DNA of 50,331 nucleotides from a virus (Duplodnaviria; Heunggongvirae; Uroviricota; Caudoviricetes): IMG/VR virus record IMGVR_UViG_2734482547_000008; one strand, 5' to 3'. Shown piece by piece: positions 8,028 to 18,403 of this stretch (position 1 is its first letter; each line of letters starts with the position of its first letter). The notes under the pieces were generated by a model. It saw only the letters and a program-made list of their open reading frames with translations, ran no database searches and was not told where the DNA came from. The position numbers and the translations under genes were made by a program.

Positions 8028-9100
8028 GTGATTTCTCCTACCGTCAGCAGCTCACTGTCTCCCGCCTGAACTGACGTCAGCGGACTGCGCACTTCAAAAT
8101 CCTCCAGATTTTTCACCCCTGCCACCGCCCGCCAGAAAGACGACGGCAGAACCAGACCGCCGGGCCGGGATTCGTTATACAACAGGTCGGTCAGCGCCTG
8201 TTTTACGGCCGCCTGATTCTCCGGTGTTTTCGGGATGATCCTGATGCTGAAGGGCACCGGCTTATTGGTCAGTTTAAACACGGTCACCGTCGGCCCCAGA
8301 GGCTGTCCGACAGGCTGGCCGGTCGCCGGATCATCATGACTGCGGATATAATCCGCCACCCGCTGAACATCACCGTCACCGGGGAAAATGTCCGGGTTAT
8401 TATCCTGAACAAACGTTACCCCCACGCTGCCCGCCTGCGGCCATTCCGGGCGGCACCATGCCCGCGTCACGCCCGGCACTTCACGCGCCCAGCGTTCAAA
8501 ATCATACTGCGTGCCGCCGGACGGTGGATTCTGCACCCGGAAAACCAGACGGGAAAGCAGCTCCGGCACGGTTTCCACATCTGCACCACCGGTGATCCCC
8601 GTTCCGGTCACCGTGGCCGTCTGGTTGATCCCCGCCTGCGGTGTGATAAATGTCAGTTTTGTCCCTGCCGGGGCATTCCCCGCACGACCGGCACTTTCGG
8701 CTTCCACACTGACATTCAGCGTACCGGCCTTACCGGTCAGGGAGGTGGTGATACGGTAAACCACGCCATCACTTCGCTGGAGAAGCACACCTTCCTTGAT
8801 CCCCGCATCCGTGGTCAGCATCAGCTGAACCGGCCCGTCCCCCCGAGAGGCAGGCTTACGCATGACGCCCCAGAATGCACAGTGTTTCAGCAGTTCGGCT
8901 TCATCGGCTTCGGTCGGGATGATCTGACGCGCAATCCAGGCCAGATGCTCATGCTCCTGAGCAGATAACCCTGCCTGAGCGTAAGCAATGGCATTCAGGG
9001 TGGTTTCATTCACACCCGGCTGCGAGCCGGGCAGGCGCTGGCTGATATCCTGCTGTGTCTGCGTGATTAACTGTGCCAGCGGTAAAGGCTGATAAGGCAT
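8018..9100 (-). CDS. Baseplate J-like protein (Mu gp47-like)
   Basis: 360-aa ORF in the baseplate block; synteny and size match Mu gp47. Confidence 0.65.
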   Translation of the reverse strand: MPYQPLPLAQLITQTQQDISQRLPGSQPGVNETTLNAIAYAQAGLSAQEHEHLAWIARQIIPTEADEAELLKHCAFWGVMRKPASRGDGPVQLMLTTDAGIKEGVLLQRSDGVVYRITTSLTGKAGTLNVSVEAESAGRAGNAPAGTKLTFITPQAGINQTATVTGTGITGGADVETVPELLSRLVFRVQNPPSGGTQYDFERWAREVPGVTRAWCRPEWPQAGSVGVTFVQDNNPDIFPGDGDVQRVADYIRSHDDPATGQPVGQPLGPTVTVFKLTNKPVPFSIRIIPKTPENQAAVKQALTDLLYNESRPGGLVLPSSFWRAVAGVKNLEDFEVRSPLTSVQAGDSELLTVGEITWL

Positions 9101-9537
9101 TACTCCCCCTTAAGATCAGCATAAAAAATCATGGGCCTCACTGAACCATCAGGCAGGGTTATGCGCACCGAAAGCGCCAGCCGCGCGTGTCCCACACGTT
9201 CTGCATGACAGACCACGGATGACGCCACGCCATCCTGACTGAGCCAGCCCAGCGCCTCATCCGCGTAAGCACGGGCACGGCTTATCACCGAGGCCAGCGT
9301 TTTTTCCCGGCGGAGAAGCCACAGACGGGAGCCAATGGGACGCGGGCGAAAACTGTCTCCCCACCATCCCCGGCGGTCACGCGTACCGTCAGGGATTTCA
9401 TCCGATGCCAGCGCCCGGCGGTCAGTAAACAGCGAAATCAGAACGGCCGTCAGCAGACTGTCATCCGTCAGCAGGTCGGCACCGTTCAGTTGCAGCGAAC
9501 CGCACCCCTGATCCCATACAATTGCAATATCAGCCAT
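9100..9537 (-). CDS. Baseplate wedge protein (Mu gp46-like / GPW-gp25 family)
   Basis: ORF 9100-9681 trimmed to the ATG at 9535-9537 (GGAG Shine-Dalgarno, 2 nt after the upstream stop). Synteny with Mu. Confidence 0.5.
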   Translation of the reverse strand: MADIAIVWDQGCGSLQLNGADLLTDDSLLTAVLISLFTDRRALASDEIPDGTRDRRGWWGDSFRPRPIGSRLWLLRREKTLASVISRARAYADEALGWLSQDGVASSVVCHAERVGHARLALSVRITLPDGSVRPMIFYADLKGE

Positions 9538-10144
9538 TCTCCGGCGCTCCTGTCTTACTGCCTTTGCCGTTATCCTGATGCACATGGCCGGAATAGGTGA
9601 TCCCGGCAATAACGGCATCAGACATCGTGAACAGCCCGTCTGATTTACCTGTACCATCAAGCACGAAATTACCCTTAACATGCAGGTTTTTATCCACCGT
9701 CACATTGCCCGTAAAGGTGGCCTCCGGCGTATCCACCCGCATCCCCTCATCGGCGTAAATCTCCAGCATTTTGCATGTCACAATAATGCGACCATCCTTT
9801 GTTAACCGTATCCGGTGCCCCTCATGGTGATACACCCCCGTATCTCCGGCTGTGAGTCCGGTCGGGCGGCTGCGCCGGTCTTCCACCACAAGCACCACAG
9901 TCTGATCCCGCTGTCCGCCCAGACAGGCAAAAAAGGTTTCCGCACCCGGCAGGGGAACGCTGATCTGCCCGTACTGCTGGGGACGCTCCACATCATCAAA
10001 GGTTTCGCCGTCCATGCCGGTGAGCTGCACATTCTGCATTTTCAGTTCGTCATGTGTGCCGGTCAGAACGCCCCGGCCAAACAACAGGCGAATACCGCGC
10101 GTTACCGGGGCAATCAGGCGGCTGAACACTTCATCATTCATCAA
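9530..10144 (-). CDS. Baseplate spike / assembly protein V-like (Mu gp45-like)
   Basis: 204-aa ORF in the baseplate block; synteny with Mu gp45. Confidence 0.55.
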   Translation of the reverse strand: MMNDEVFSRLIAPVTRGIRLLFGRGVLTGTHDELKMQNVQLTGMDGETFDDVERPQQYGQISVPLPGAETFFACLGGQRDQTVVLVVEDRRSRPTGLTAGDTGVYHHEGHRIRLTKDGRIIVTCKMLEIYADEGMRVDTPEATFTGNVTVDKNLHVKGNFVLDGTGKSDGLFTMSDAVIAGITYSGHVHQDNGKGSKTGAPENG

Positions 10145-11258
10145 AGCTGATCCCCTGTTTTTTCATCTGCTGGCGAATAAAGGCATCAACATCGTCACCG
10201 GAACCACCCCGGCCCTTACTGTCCGGCTCTGCCGGAACGATAAAGCCGTCACGCGGTGCCAGTACCAGCCGGGTGACTTCCCCGTTATGTTCATCAAGTA
10301 AAAACTCCACCTGACAGACCAGCAGTTCAGTCTGTTCTATACCGAAACGCAGGGCTGAAACACCGGTCAGCAGATTGACATCCCATAACCGGCCATCATC
10401 CCGGAACCAGCCACGCACGGTGGCAGAAAACCGTTCTGAACGGGCAATCGCACGGCGCATTTCACGCAGGGCACGCTGCCGTGCACCGGTGGTGTCTGTC
10501 TGTTGATCGGCGAGGATGATTTTCGGCCGGTAGCGGCCGATCTGCTCATCACTGATGACGCCCACAGGTGCTGCCAGACGGGCGGCGGATTCGCTGTCTC
10601 CCCGTTTGCCACCACCGCGCCCGTGTCCCCGGACACGGTATTCGCTGTATCGTCCTCGCCAGTCCGTGTTGTAATCGGCATCAAGCAGGTTATCTCCCAG
10701 CACCAGTCTGTCCGTCTGCTGGCTTCCTGCCTGGGTGAACACCAGATCGCCGTCAGCATTACTGGTCACCAGCACCCCGCGATGCCGGGCAGCACGGGTC
10801 AGCGCATCCGCCACGGTTTCTGAGTTTTCCAGCGTAAAAGAGCTGAAGGGGCGTGCAGCCGTGTCGTCGTTAACCTGCCAGCGCACGGCTATCCCGAAGG
10901 GCGCACATAAATCTGCGGCAATCTGTGCCAGCGTCCGGTTGCGCCACTGGCTGCCGGGATGGATGGCGGCACAGTCCACCAGGTCGCCGGTTTTATCCCG
11001 ACCGCTGATGCTGATCTGATGACGGGTTGCACTGATCCGCTGACTGACCTGATCCAGCCAGCCACTGATGACCGTCTGCCCGTTAATTCTGAGCGTCAGG
11101 GACTGACCGGTTCGCAGGGCTGAGGGGATGCGCTCACCGGGCAGCATCAGCCCCAGTTCAAACGACCCGGCCAGATGCTCCAGCGAGCGACGGACGCTGA
11201 CCGTCAGCCAGCCGGAAAAAATACTGCCACCGATATACAGTTCAATCCTGCTGCTCAC
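10134..11258 (-). CDS. Baseplate hub / tail protein P (Mu gp44-like, late control D family)
   Basis: 374-aa ORF directly after the DNA circularisation protein gene; synteny and size match Mu P. Confidence 0.6.
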   Translation of the reverse strand: MSSRIELYIGGSIFSGWLTVSVRRSLEHLAGSFELGLMLPGERIPSALRTGQSLTLRINGQTVISGWLDQVSQRISATRHQISISGRDKTGDLVDCAAIHPGSQWRNRTLAQIAADLCAPFGIAVRWQVNDDTAARPFSSFTLENSETVADALTRAARHRGVLVTSNADGDLVFTQAGSQQTDRLVLGDNLLDADYNTDWRGRYSEYRVRGHGRGGGKRGDSESAARLAAPVGVISDEQIGRYRPKIILADQQTDTTGARQRALREMRRAIARSERFSATVRGWFRDDGRLWDVNLLTGVSALRFGIEQTELLVCQVEFLLDEHNGEVTRLVLAPRDGFIVPAEPDSKGRGGSGDDVDAFIRQQMKKQGISFDE

Positions 11259-12600
11259 TGATCACCTCCACGCTGCGGCCACCCGGAACAAAAACCGGAT
11301 CGGGGATATTGTTTCTGCGGACAAAATACTGCCAGCGACTGCTGTTGCCGGTGGCACGGTACAGCGTGACCAGTGCCGGTTCGGTGGTGCGAACCATGAC
11401 CTGAAAAGCACCGGGAAGATGCACGCTCCGTGTGGTTAAATCTTCTGTCAGCGCAAGCCCTGCATCACGTAATGCAAGGGCAGTCCCGGTATAGCCCTGT
11501 GCGGACAGATCCAGCACCTGTTGTTCCATGGCATCGCTCAAATCCCGGTTGATACGCTGCACATCAGCAGAACTTTCCAGCCAGGCCAGTCCGCCCGAAC
11601 GGTCAGTATCCTGAACGTGCGTCGTATTCTGCCGGATGACCTGATCCAGCAGTTTTCCGAGCGTCTGTGCCTGCGACACCAGGGTTGCACTCTGCATCAC
11701 GCTCCGCAGCAGACGGATATTTTTCTGTGCCGCAGGCGTCAGGCCAATCAGGCGCTGTGGATCATCCTGTTCGCTGAGGGTGTAACGCAGGGAGGAAAGT
11801 GTGCGGTACAGCTGCGGCATGGCCTGCTCTGCCATGCTGTCACGGTTTGTGGTCAGGCTGCCGGACGGCGTTCCGGCTTTTCCGGTCAGAGACAGGGAAG
11901 GATCGCCGGGCAGCCCGGTCAGCACGGCAAACATTCCGGCCAGCGATTCAGCCATGCGACGGGGCGCATTAATCAGGGCGGCGGCATTGCCTTTCAGGGC
12001 AGTAAAACTGGCCGTAAAGGCACTGATATCCTGCACAATCCCCATCCCCGAAACGGCATTCTCCAGTGCATCAATCTTATCGCTGATGGTGTCGGTCATG
12101 GCCTGTACATCATGCAGACCGTCTGAAATCACCGTCCAGCCGTCTGAAAGCGTGTTAAACAGCTGATTCATTGCTGAGCCGCTTTTCTGCTCCAGCGCAG
12201 CTGCCGTATCTTCTGCCACCGCAGGGGCGGTATCGTCACTGGCGGGGATCACGTTGATCGTGAACTCAACCGTTCCCTGCTCGCTGGCGTTATAACGGCT
12301 TTCAAAGCTGTTTATCAGCACGTTTAACGTGCCGTAATCCGGGTGCATCAGTTCACCGGCACCGGGTGCACGCAGCGCATCACGCAGGCGGCTTCGCTGT
12401 GTCTGAAGATCGTCTCCGGTAACCAGAACCGTGAATGTGAACTCCGGGAGTTTTGGCCCCAGATCATCCGCACCGCCGCTTTCACGCAGTGGGTATTCAC
12501 GGCGCACAATGTTACGTCCGCCCCGTTCCCGCTGCTCCTGATAAACCAGGAACGGTACGCCACGAAAGGAGCCACGCCCCGGCGTGTCAGTAGAGGCCAT
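11242..12600 (-). CDS. DNA circularisation protein N-like (Mu gp43-like)
   Basis: 452-aa ORF directly after the tape measure gene, as Mu N. Confidence 0.6.
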   Translation of the reverse strand: MASTDTPGRGSFRGVPFLVYQEQRERGGRNIVRREYPLRESGGADDLGPKLPEFTFTVLVTGDDLQTQRSRLRDALRAPGAGELMHPDYGTLNVLINSFESRYNASEQGTVEFTINVIPASDDTAPAVAEDTAAALEQKSGSAMNQLFNTLSDGWTVISDGLHDVQAMTDTISDKIDALENAVSGMGIVQDISAFTASFTALKGNAAALINAPRRMAESLAGMFAVLTGLPGDPSLSLTGKAGTPSGSLTTNRDSMAEQAMPQLYRTLSSLRYTLSEQDDPQRLIGLTPAAQKNIRLLRSVMQSATLVSQAQTLGKLLDQVIRQNTTHVQDTDRSGGLAWLESSADVQRINRDLSDAMEQQVLDLSAQGYTGTALALRDAGLALTEDLTTRSVHLPGAFQVMVRTTEPALVTLYRATGNSSRWQYFVRRNNIPDPVFVPGGRSVEVISEQQD

Positions 12601-14644
12601 AGTTCCCTCCGTTCCAGACGTTCACATCCAGGCCATGCTGTGCGGTATCATCCACATCAATACTGCGCGCCCGCCAGCCTTCAGGGGCCACAAGCTCCAC
12701 CCGTGCGGCGGTTTTCGCGGTGGCCTGTCCGCCGTTTTCGTCACTGCCGCCACGCAGTTTCTGCCAGGCCTGCGTCAGCCAGCCCCCCAGATAATCACCG
12801 AGATAGCTGCCCACCGTGGAACCAATGGCAACCCCGACCGGACCAGCAGCCGCCCCCAGCGCGCCACCGGCGATACTTCCGGCAAGGGAACCCACGGCAC
12901 CGGCTTTATCGGCTGCACTGGCGCTGCTGTCCAGCAGTACAGGAGCCGCCATGGCACCGGCCCACAGGGCACCACCACCCAGCCGACCGGCACCACGGAA
13001 CAGCCCGGCAAAACGCCCCAGCCCCATGCGGTTTCCGGCCGCCGTTAGCAGACCACCGGCACGGCTCATCATACGACCGAAGAAGCCCTGTTTACCGGCA
13101 CTCTCCGCCAGTTGCTCACCGGCAGTCACGACGGTCGTGACACCCCGTCCACGTCCGGGGCCGCGTTTTTTACGGCCGCGCACGGTTTTGCCGTCACCGC
13201 TGACCACCACATCCCCGCCACCTGAGGCCAGGCCACCCGCAGGCCAGTTGGTGACCAGCACGGGCTGAACGGCAGCCGGATTTACCCCGGTAAGGAAATT
13301 CAGGAACCGGCCAGCGCGTCCGGGCTGCGTTCCCGGTACAGTGGTCTGCGGTTTGCGGAAGGGCGACGTCAGCACGGAGGTCATCGCCATGCCATAGCGT
13401 AAGGGGGTTGCGCCGAGACGTAATGCCCCCGTCCCCGCAAACCTGAGCACCTTCAGCGCACGGGAGGCGAGATACATATACATCAGGTACTTTGCGGCGG
13501 TCTGCGCACCCTGACCAATGCGATCCAGCGCATCGCCATAACCGGCGTCGCGCAGTGCCTGAAGCGTTTCCCTGACTTTCTGAATGACCCGGTAAAAGCC
13601 GGTCGCAGCGTCTCTGGCATACTCAAATCCCTGATTCAGAGCTGAGGCCGTCTGTGTGGCCAGCTTATCCTGTAAGCCGCTTTTCTGTGCCGCATCGGCA
13701 TAATCCAGGAAGCCTTTCAGGCTCTTTTTCAGGCTGTCAAACGGTCCCTTTGCCATCACCTCGCGGGCAAATCCGTCCCAGACGTCGCCCATCATGGACG
13801 TCATTCCCGTCCAGGAATTCATGGCGTTTTTCTGGGCACCTTTTGCCTGTTCGGCCATCACCTGAAATAACAGGCGAATGCTGTCCGGCCCCAGTTTTCC
13901 TTTTTCGCCTTTCTCACGGATGATCTTCTGGTTTACGCCCAGCTTATCGGCCAGTAACTGGTAAACGTTAATCCCGTATCCGGTCAGAATATTGGCGTCC
14001 GCTGCCTGGATACTCTGGCGGGCAAACATCTGTTTGAGTTGCAGGGACGCACCCTGTGCATCTGACAGTGACCAGCCGTGATAGCCGCCCTGATCCTGAA
14101 GCATGGTAATAAAGCGACGGGCTTCCCTGTCACTCATGCCAAACCCGCGACTGGAGGCGTATTCCTGCATAACCCCCGCCAGCCCCCAGGTGGTGTCTTT
14201 GGCGTTCTGTACTGCCCAGGCTTTCACTGCTTCCGTTTTTGCCGTATCGCCATGATTAATGGCGTTGAGACGCAGAATATAGTTCTCCATCTCTGCGGCC
14301 GGGCGGATAAAGGCTTTATTAAAACCGTAGACCGCAGCCCCTCCCGCCAGCATCCCGTAAAGGTTGCTTATCCGCCCGATGGTGCCGGTAATGCTGCCCT
14401 GCAGGCGGTCAAAATCTGACGTTACCGTGCGGATGCTGCCACGAACACCGGCAAGCGTTCGCTGCATACGGGAGCCGACAAGTTCTGTTTCCTGACCGGC
14501 CCGGCGGGCTGCATTTCCAAGACCACCCAGGCCTGTCCTGCCGGAACGGGAGAACGCCCCCAGCTCCTGTGACCACTGGCGGGATTTGGCGGAAATATTG
14601 CCGAGTAAATCGACAATCAGGGAGGCTTTCAGGTTTTTTGCCAT
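12587..14644 (-). CDS. Tail tape measure protein
   Basis: 685-aa protein, Gly/Ala-rich with a hydrophobic C-terminal region, located after the tube and chaperone genes. GC-rich, which creates long artefactual antisense ORFs. Confidence 0.8.
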   Translation of the reverse strand: MAKNLKASLIVDLLGNISAKSRQWSQELGAFSRSGRTGLGGLGNAARRAGQETELVGSRMQRTLAGVRGSIRTVTSDFDRLQGSITGTIGRISNLYGMLAGGAAVYGFNKAFIRPAAEMENYILRLNAINHGDTAKTEAVKAWAVQNAKDTTWGLAGVMQEYASSRGFGMSDREARRFITMLQDQGGYHGWSLSDAQGASLQLKQMFARQSIQAADANILTGYGINVYQLLADKLGVNQKIIREKGEKGKLGPDSIRLLFQVMAEQAKGAQKNAMNSWTGMTSMMGDVWDGFAREVMAKGPFDSLKKSLKGFLDYADAAQKSGLQDKLATQTASALNQGFEYARDAATGFYRVIQKVRETLQALRDAGYGDALDRIGQGAQTAAKYLMYMYLASRALKVLRFAGTGALRLGATPLRYGMAMTSVLTSPFRKPQTTVPGTQPGRAGRFLNFLTGVNPAAVQPVLVTNWPAGGLASGGGDVVVSGDGKTVRGRKKRGPGRGRGVTTVVTAGEQLAESAGKQGFFGRMMSRAGGLLTAAGNRMGLGRFAGLFRGAGRLGGGALWAGAMAAPVLLDSSASAADKAGAVGSLAGSIAGGALGAAAGPVGVAIGSTVGSYLGDYLGGWLTQAWQKLRGGSDENGGQATAKTAARVELVAPEGWRARSIDVDDTAQHGLDVNVWNGGNYGLY

Positions 14645-14771
14645 GGGTTACTGCTTCGTTCTGAGAATTTTTTCGGTCTGTCGGCAGTGCCGGTAAAGCT
14701 GCGATAAAGGGAGGTTAAGCGCCCACTCCGGGCCGCTTTTTGTCACCATCCCCAGCACAATTGCGGCTTCT

Positions 14772-15251
14772 TCAATCTGATCCCGGCACTGCATCTGGTC
14801 GCCCCCGTTCAGCGACCAGCTTTCCTGCCATCGCGGAATCAAGCAGGCTTACCGCCGCCATCAGACGGGAGAGATCGCGCTCGCTGAGCTGTCCGATCTG
14901 ACGCGGAGACAATGGCCCCTCAATCTGGCCAACAGCGGCAATCTGACGGCGCAGCAGTGCAATGCCGCGCAGTGCCGGCGAGGCTATCAGAACCGGGCCG
15001 CCATTTCGGGTTTCCATAAGACGCTCGGCCTCGGTTTCCGCGTCAATGCTGTCTTTCGCCGTCAGTTCGCGGAAGGTGACGCGGTATTCACGGGATTCCC
15101 CGAACGGCAGACCGTCGAGCAGATCCACATAGCCGTTCGCCAGCTGTTCAGCCAGCCCGGCGGTGCGGGGATCGCCGTCTTCAAGTGCATCCCGGATAGC
15201 CTCCATCACGGCCTCGTCAGAAACCGCCGTTTTTTTCTTACGTGTGGTCAT
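14772..15251 (-). CDS. Tail assembly chaperone candidate (Mu gp41-like)
   Basis: 159-aa acidic protein between the tube and tape measure genes. A 64-aa ORF in another frame (14648-14842) overlaps its 3' end, so a frameshift extension is possible. Confidence 0.45.
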   Translation of the reverse strand: MTTRKKKTAVSDEAVMEAIRDALEDGDPRTAGLAEQLANGYVDLLDGLPFGESREYRVTFRELTAKDSIDAETEAERLMETRNGGPVLIASPALRGIALLRRQIAAVGQIEGPLSPRQIGQLSERDLSRLMAAVSLLDSAMAGKLVAERGRPDAVPGSD

Positions 15252-15265
15252 TGCATTTTTCCTGA

Positions 15266-15631
15266 TTACTGGACACGGGTACTGGTGGCGCTGGCGAACT
15301 TCGCGGAGATATCACCGCCACCGTCAAGCGAGGCCGGTTCACTGCTCCAGGCCTTCGTCATCATGTGGACTTCACCGGTATCGGCCACGAACTCAATCGT
15401 GACCGCAGTCCAGGTGTTGATTTCATCGGCAGCCGGTGAACCTTCTCCGCCAGCCGGAAATTTACAGTCCAGCGTCGCCTCACGGGGTTTCTCGCGATAG
15501 CCGTAGACTTTCGCGCCTTTCACCACTTCACGCTCAAAGCCGGACGGGGAGAACGTGGCTCCCTCAAGGGTGGCGTACTCCTGTCCGTTCACACGGATGG
15601 TGGCCGTGCCCTGATACTGTTTTCCGCTCAT
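15266..15631 (-). CDS. Tail tube protein (Mu M-like)
   Basis: 121-aa ORF directly after the sheath gene; synteny and size match Mu M. Confidence 0.7.
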   Translation of the reverse strand: MSGKQYQGTATIRVNGQEYATLEGATFSPSGFEREVVKGAKVYGYREKPREATLDCKFPAGGEGSPAADEINTWTAVTIEFVADTGEVHMMTKAWSSEPASLDGGGDISAKFASATSTRVQ

Positions 15632-15639
15632 GCCTTACC

Positions 15640-17142
15640 TCACAAAATGAAACGGATCTGCGCGGCCATGAAGCGGAACTGGTTAACCAGATCCGGTGTA
15701 CACATCACATCCAGACGGTTACGGTCTTTTGTGTTGCGCTCCACGAGCAGATTCTTTTTAAAGGTGTCCAGATTTTCGACCAGCCCGAGTTCCACCCATT
15801 CTTCCCCCAGTGCAATCAGCTGGAGCGTCATAATCTCCGGCGTCACGATATTCTGACCGGGCCGGACGGGAGTACCGTTATCGGCCAGTTTGTGGCGCGG
15901 GAAACGCTGCGTGATAAAGGTGCGCAGGGAATAACGCAGATATGACAGGGTGTAGATGGTTTCTACATCCAGATAGCTGGGATCGCTTTCGCCGTATGCA
16001 TTCTGACGGTACATCGTCACCTGACGTTCAATCTGCACCACATCAGCGGCCGCAACGGTCACCGTGGACATGCCGGTATAAAGCAGGCTGTTTCGCTCTT
16101 CCCGCGTCAGACGATCCGGTGCTTCAGGTGCCATACGGGCAGGCAGCGCCAGTGTCTGTAATGGTCGGGCCGGATCCGTTGACAGGGAGGGCGCACAGAC
16201 CGCACAAATGGAGGCAGCCCAGACATAATCCGGCTCTGGTGCTTTAGGAATAGAAGTGCAGGTAAACAGGAAGTCATTACGGGATTCACCAAAACTGGTT
16301 GCCGTACCGAAGGTGCCGGTATGCGCCATCCAGACCATACCGTCCGACATTTTTACCGGTCCCCAGCGTTTCAGCAGTTCATCCGCCAGAATTTTGAGAT
16401 TTGCCGCATCCTTATAGGGCATGACGATGTAGTTGTACTGACGATTCCCCATCCCTGAGACGCTACGGGTGATATCGGGGTTTGTTGCCTTCTGTGTTGG
16501 CGCGACGAGCTCCAGCGTAAGACCGGCCGGTGTAGTTTCACCGTCATAATAGTTCACCCGTAAATCATGAGCTGAGCATTCACCGATAAAGCGGGCGTTA
16601 ACCCCCATGCTGCCTTTAAGTCCTTCAGCATTATCACCACTGACTTCAGCTGCGATAGCAGTGAATGGCGCATCAGTGTCAGCGTTAATGACCTTAGCCA
16701 GCTCTTCCACAAGCTCTTTACCTTTTTTCCCCTTACTGACGGGCAGGAGGTAACGGCGACCGCCGATGTAAACACTTAACACCCCGTCTGCCAATGCTGT
16801 TCCAATGATATTCATCACGCATGCCCTGGACTGACCTGTTCCAGCCCCCTGTGCAATGGCATATAACTCTGTGTCAGGGTTAATGGCGATAAATTCCTCT
16901 ACCATCAGTGCAATCATGGAACCTCGCCCCCAGAGTTCTCTTGCTTGTGAAGCTCGGGTAATACGTACTGGTACATCAAGCTGACCGCGCCCCTGAATGG
17001 TGGTGTCTTTCATTGCAGCCTGACCAAACAACAGTACCGCCTGACGCTGTGGTGGAGTGCCGGTCACGGCCATTGAATTATTGATTTCAATCTGTACCAG
17101 CGGAATGCGATTGTTATCGCCGATATAATCAAAGTTAATCAT
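15640..17142 (-). CDS. Contractile tail sheath protein (Mu L-like)
   Basis: 500-aa ORF; size and position match Mu L (~495 aa) in the tail block. Confidence 0.8.
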   Translation of the reverse strand: MINFDYIGDNNRIPLVQIEINNSMAVTGTPPQRQAVLLFGQAAMKDTTIQGRGQLDVPVRITRASQARELWGRGSMIALMVEEFIAINPDTELYAIAQGAGTGQSRACVMNIIGTALADGVLSVYIGGRRYLLPVSKGKKGKELVEELAKVINADTDAPFTAIAAEVSGDNAEGLKGSMGVNARFIGECSAHDLRVNYYDGETTPAGLTLELVAPTQKATNPDITRSVSGMGNRQYNYIVMPYKDAANLKILADELLKRWGPVKMSDGMVWMAHTGTFGTATSFGESRNDFLFTCTSIPKAPEPDYVWAASICAVCAPSLSTDPARPLQTLALPARMAPEAPDRLTREERNSLLYTGMSTVTVAAADVVQIERQVTMYRQNAYGESDPSYLDVETIYTLSYLRYSLRTFITQRFPRHKLADNGTPVRPGQNIVTPEIMTLQLIALGEEWVELGLVENLDTFKKNLLVERNTKDRNRLDVMCTPDLVNQFRFMAAQIRFIL

Positions 17143-17420
17143 CAGGACGTCCCCTTATCTGATGCTGCGGTTTTTTCAGCCACCGCCGCAGTTTTTTCTG
17201 CTGCCGCTCCCGCTGGTTTTGCCGCCGCGCCGGTATTACCTGTTGTGGCAGCCGGGGCAGGCTCCTCCGTTTTATCCACCACAATGACGTCACCATCATT
17301 AAGACGGCGGCACCAGAACGGAGTGAAGGGTTTCTCTTCACCGTCCTGTGAGAGCGGAGTCATCGTGTCGGGATCGCGAATCAGGCATCCCGGCGCAGGT
17401 TTAATAAAAATGGTTGTCAT
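17142..17420 (-). CDS. Hypothetical virion protein (Mu gp38-like)
   Basis: 92-aa ORF with Ala/Lys-rich C-terminus; position matches Mu gp38. Confidence 0.45.
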   Translation of the reverse strand: MTTIFIKPAPGCLIRDPDTMTPLSQDGEEKPFTPFWCRRLNDGDVIVVDKTEEPAPAATTGNTGAAAKPAGAAAEKTAAVAEKTAASDKGTS

Positions 17421-17423
17421 CTG

Positions 17424-17987
17424 TTATTCCTCTGACGGTCCGGCGTTTTCACCGGCGGCAGTTGCACCAGGCAGACGGATGTGTGCCTTAAACTCCGGCG
17501 TGCCTTCCGGTTCGGTAAAGGTTTCGTAATGGCGCAGGAAATCATCCAGCGAGCTGATATCCGTCAGCGGGTCGATCATTTCCTCGCATGAGAAATACAG
17601 GGCGTACATCACGGCACCGCTGCCTGCCTGCGTTTCGGTGTAACCGTTGACCGCCTTTTCAAAGTAAAGCGGTGAGGTTTTTTCTGCTCTGAAGCCGTCC
17701 AGCAAGGTAATCAGGCGGGCCACAATCTGATAAAGCCCGGGACGGCTGACCTCACGGCCATTGAGCATGTCGCCGATGACGTAGAACACCCAGTGACTGA
17801 CCAGACGCCCACGGGTACGCCCTTCACCGGCACCCAGCCAGGCAACATAGATAGCCGGGGCGTTAATCAGCATGGTACGCAGTACGCTGTCGCTCCAGTC
17901 GCCGGGATGTGTGTCAACAGACACCAGTTCATTCCCGAAATACTCACGGATACGGGCGATGTACGCTTGCTCGGTTTCCGTAATCAT
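17424..17987 (-). CDS. Hypothetical head-tail joining protein (Mu gp37-like)
   Basis: 187-aa ORF; synteny with Mu. Confidence 0.45.
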   Translation of the reverse strand: MITETEQAYIARIREYFGNELVSVDTHPGDWSDSVLRTMLINAPAIYVAWLGAGEGRTRGRLVSHWVFYVIGDMLNGREVSRPGLYQIVARLITLLDGFRAEKTSPLYFEKAVNGYTETQAGSGAVMYALYFSCEEMIDPLTDISSLDDFLRHYETFTEPEGTPEFKAHIRLPGATAAGENAGPSEE

Positions 17988-18403
17988 ATAAAGCCCTTCT
18001 GGTTGCGCCCGAACACCGCCGCATCAGACTGCACCTGCGGTAAATCCCCGGATTCAGGGGCCGCACCGTCTGTATCCACGCCGACCGGCACGTTACCGTT
18101 CATGACATCTTTCAGCCAGGCCAGCGCCTCACGGTAACGGTCACGCGCCTGATCGGATGCCCGCTGATCGCACAGGTAATAAAAGGCAATCGTGCAGCAA
18201 TGCTGAACAAGGACCGCCGGAACCACCGCCAGCGGCAGCGTGTAACGGGCAGACAGGTAACTGTCGATAAGGGCAGACGCGTCCGTCAGTGCCCGGTTCA
18301 GCTTGCGTGTGTCCGGCTCATCCGAACGGGGCACGGCCAGTAATGGCCTGAGCAAATCCTCGCGGTAACGTGCCCGCATATCGGTTTCGGTGGCGTAATT
18401 CAT
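17984..18403 (-). CDS. Hypothetical head completion protein (Mu gp36-like)
   Basis: 139-aa ORF; synteny with Mu; start overlaps the upstream stop. Confidence 0.45.
   Translation of the reverse strand: MNYATETDMRARYREDLLRPLLAVPRSDEPDTRKLNRALTDASALIDSYLSARYTLPLAVVPAVLVQHCCTIAFYYLCDQRASDQARDRYREALAWLKDVMNGNVPVGVDTDGAAPESGDLPQVQSDAAVFGRNQKGFI

Noticed and set aside
8336-8968. 210-aa + strand ORF within the baseplate J-like gene; similar antisense ORFs at 19319-20310, 26409-27140 and 36306-36863
   Set aside because: Antisense to strongly supported phage genes in GC-rich DNA; no start context; treated as frame artefacts.
12343-13268. Long + strand ORFs (265 aa and 150 aa, Pro/Arg/Ala-rich) overlapping the tape measure gene
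   Set aside because: Antisense to a GC-rich, well-supported - strand gene; low-complexity composition typical of artefactual antisense frames; no ribosome-binding sites.
14648-14842. 64-aa ORF as an independent gene
   Set aside because: Overlaps the 3' end of the chaperone candidate in a different frame without its own ribosome-binding site; more plausibly the frameshift extension (see findings) or an artefact.
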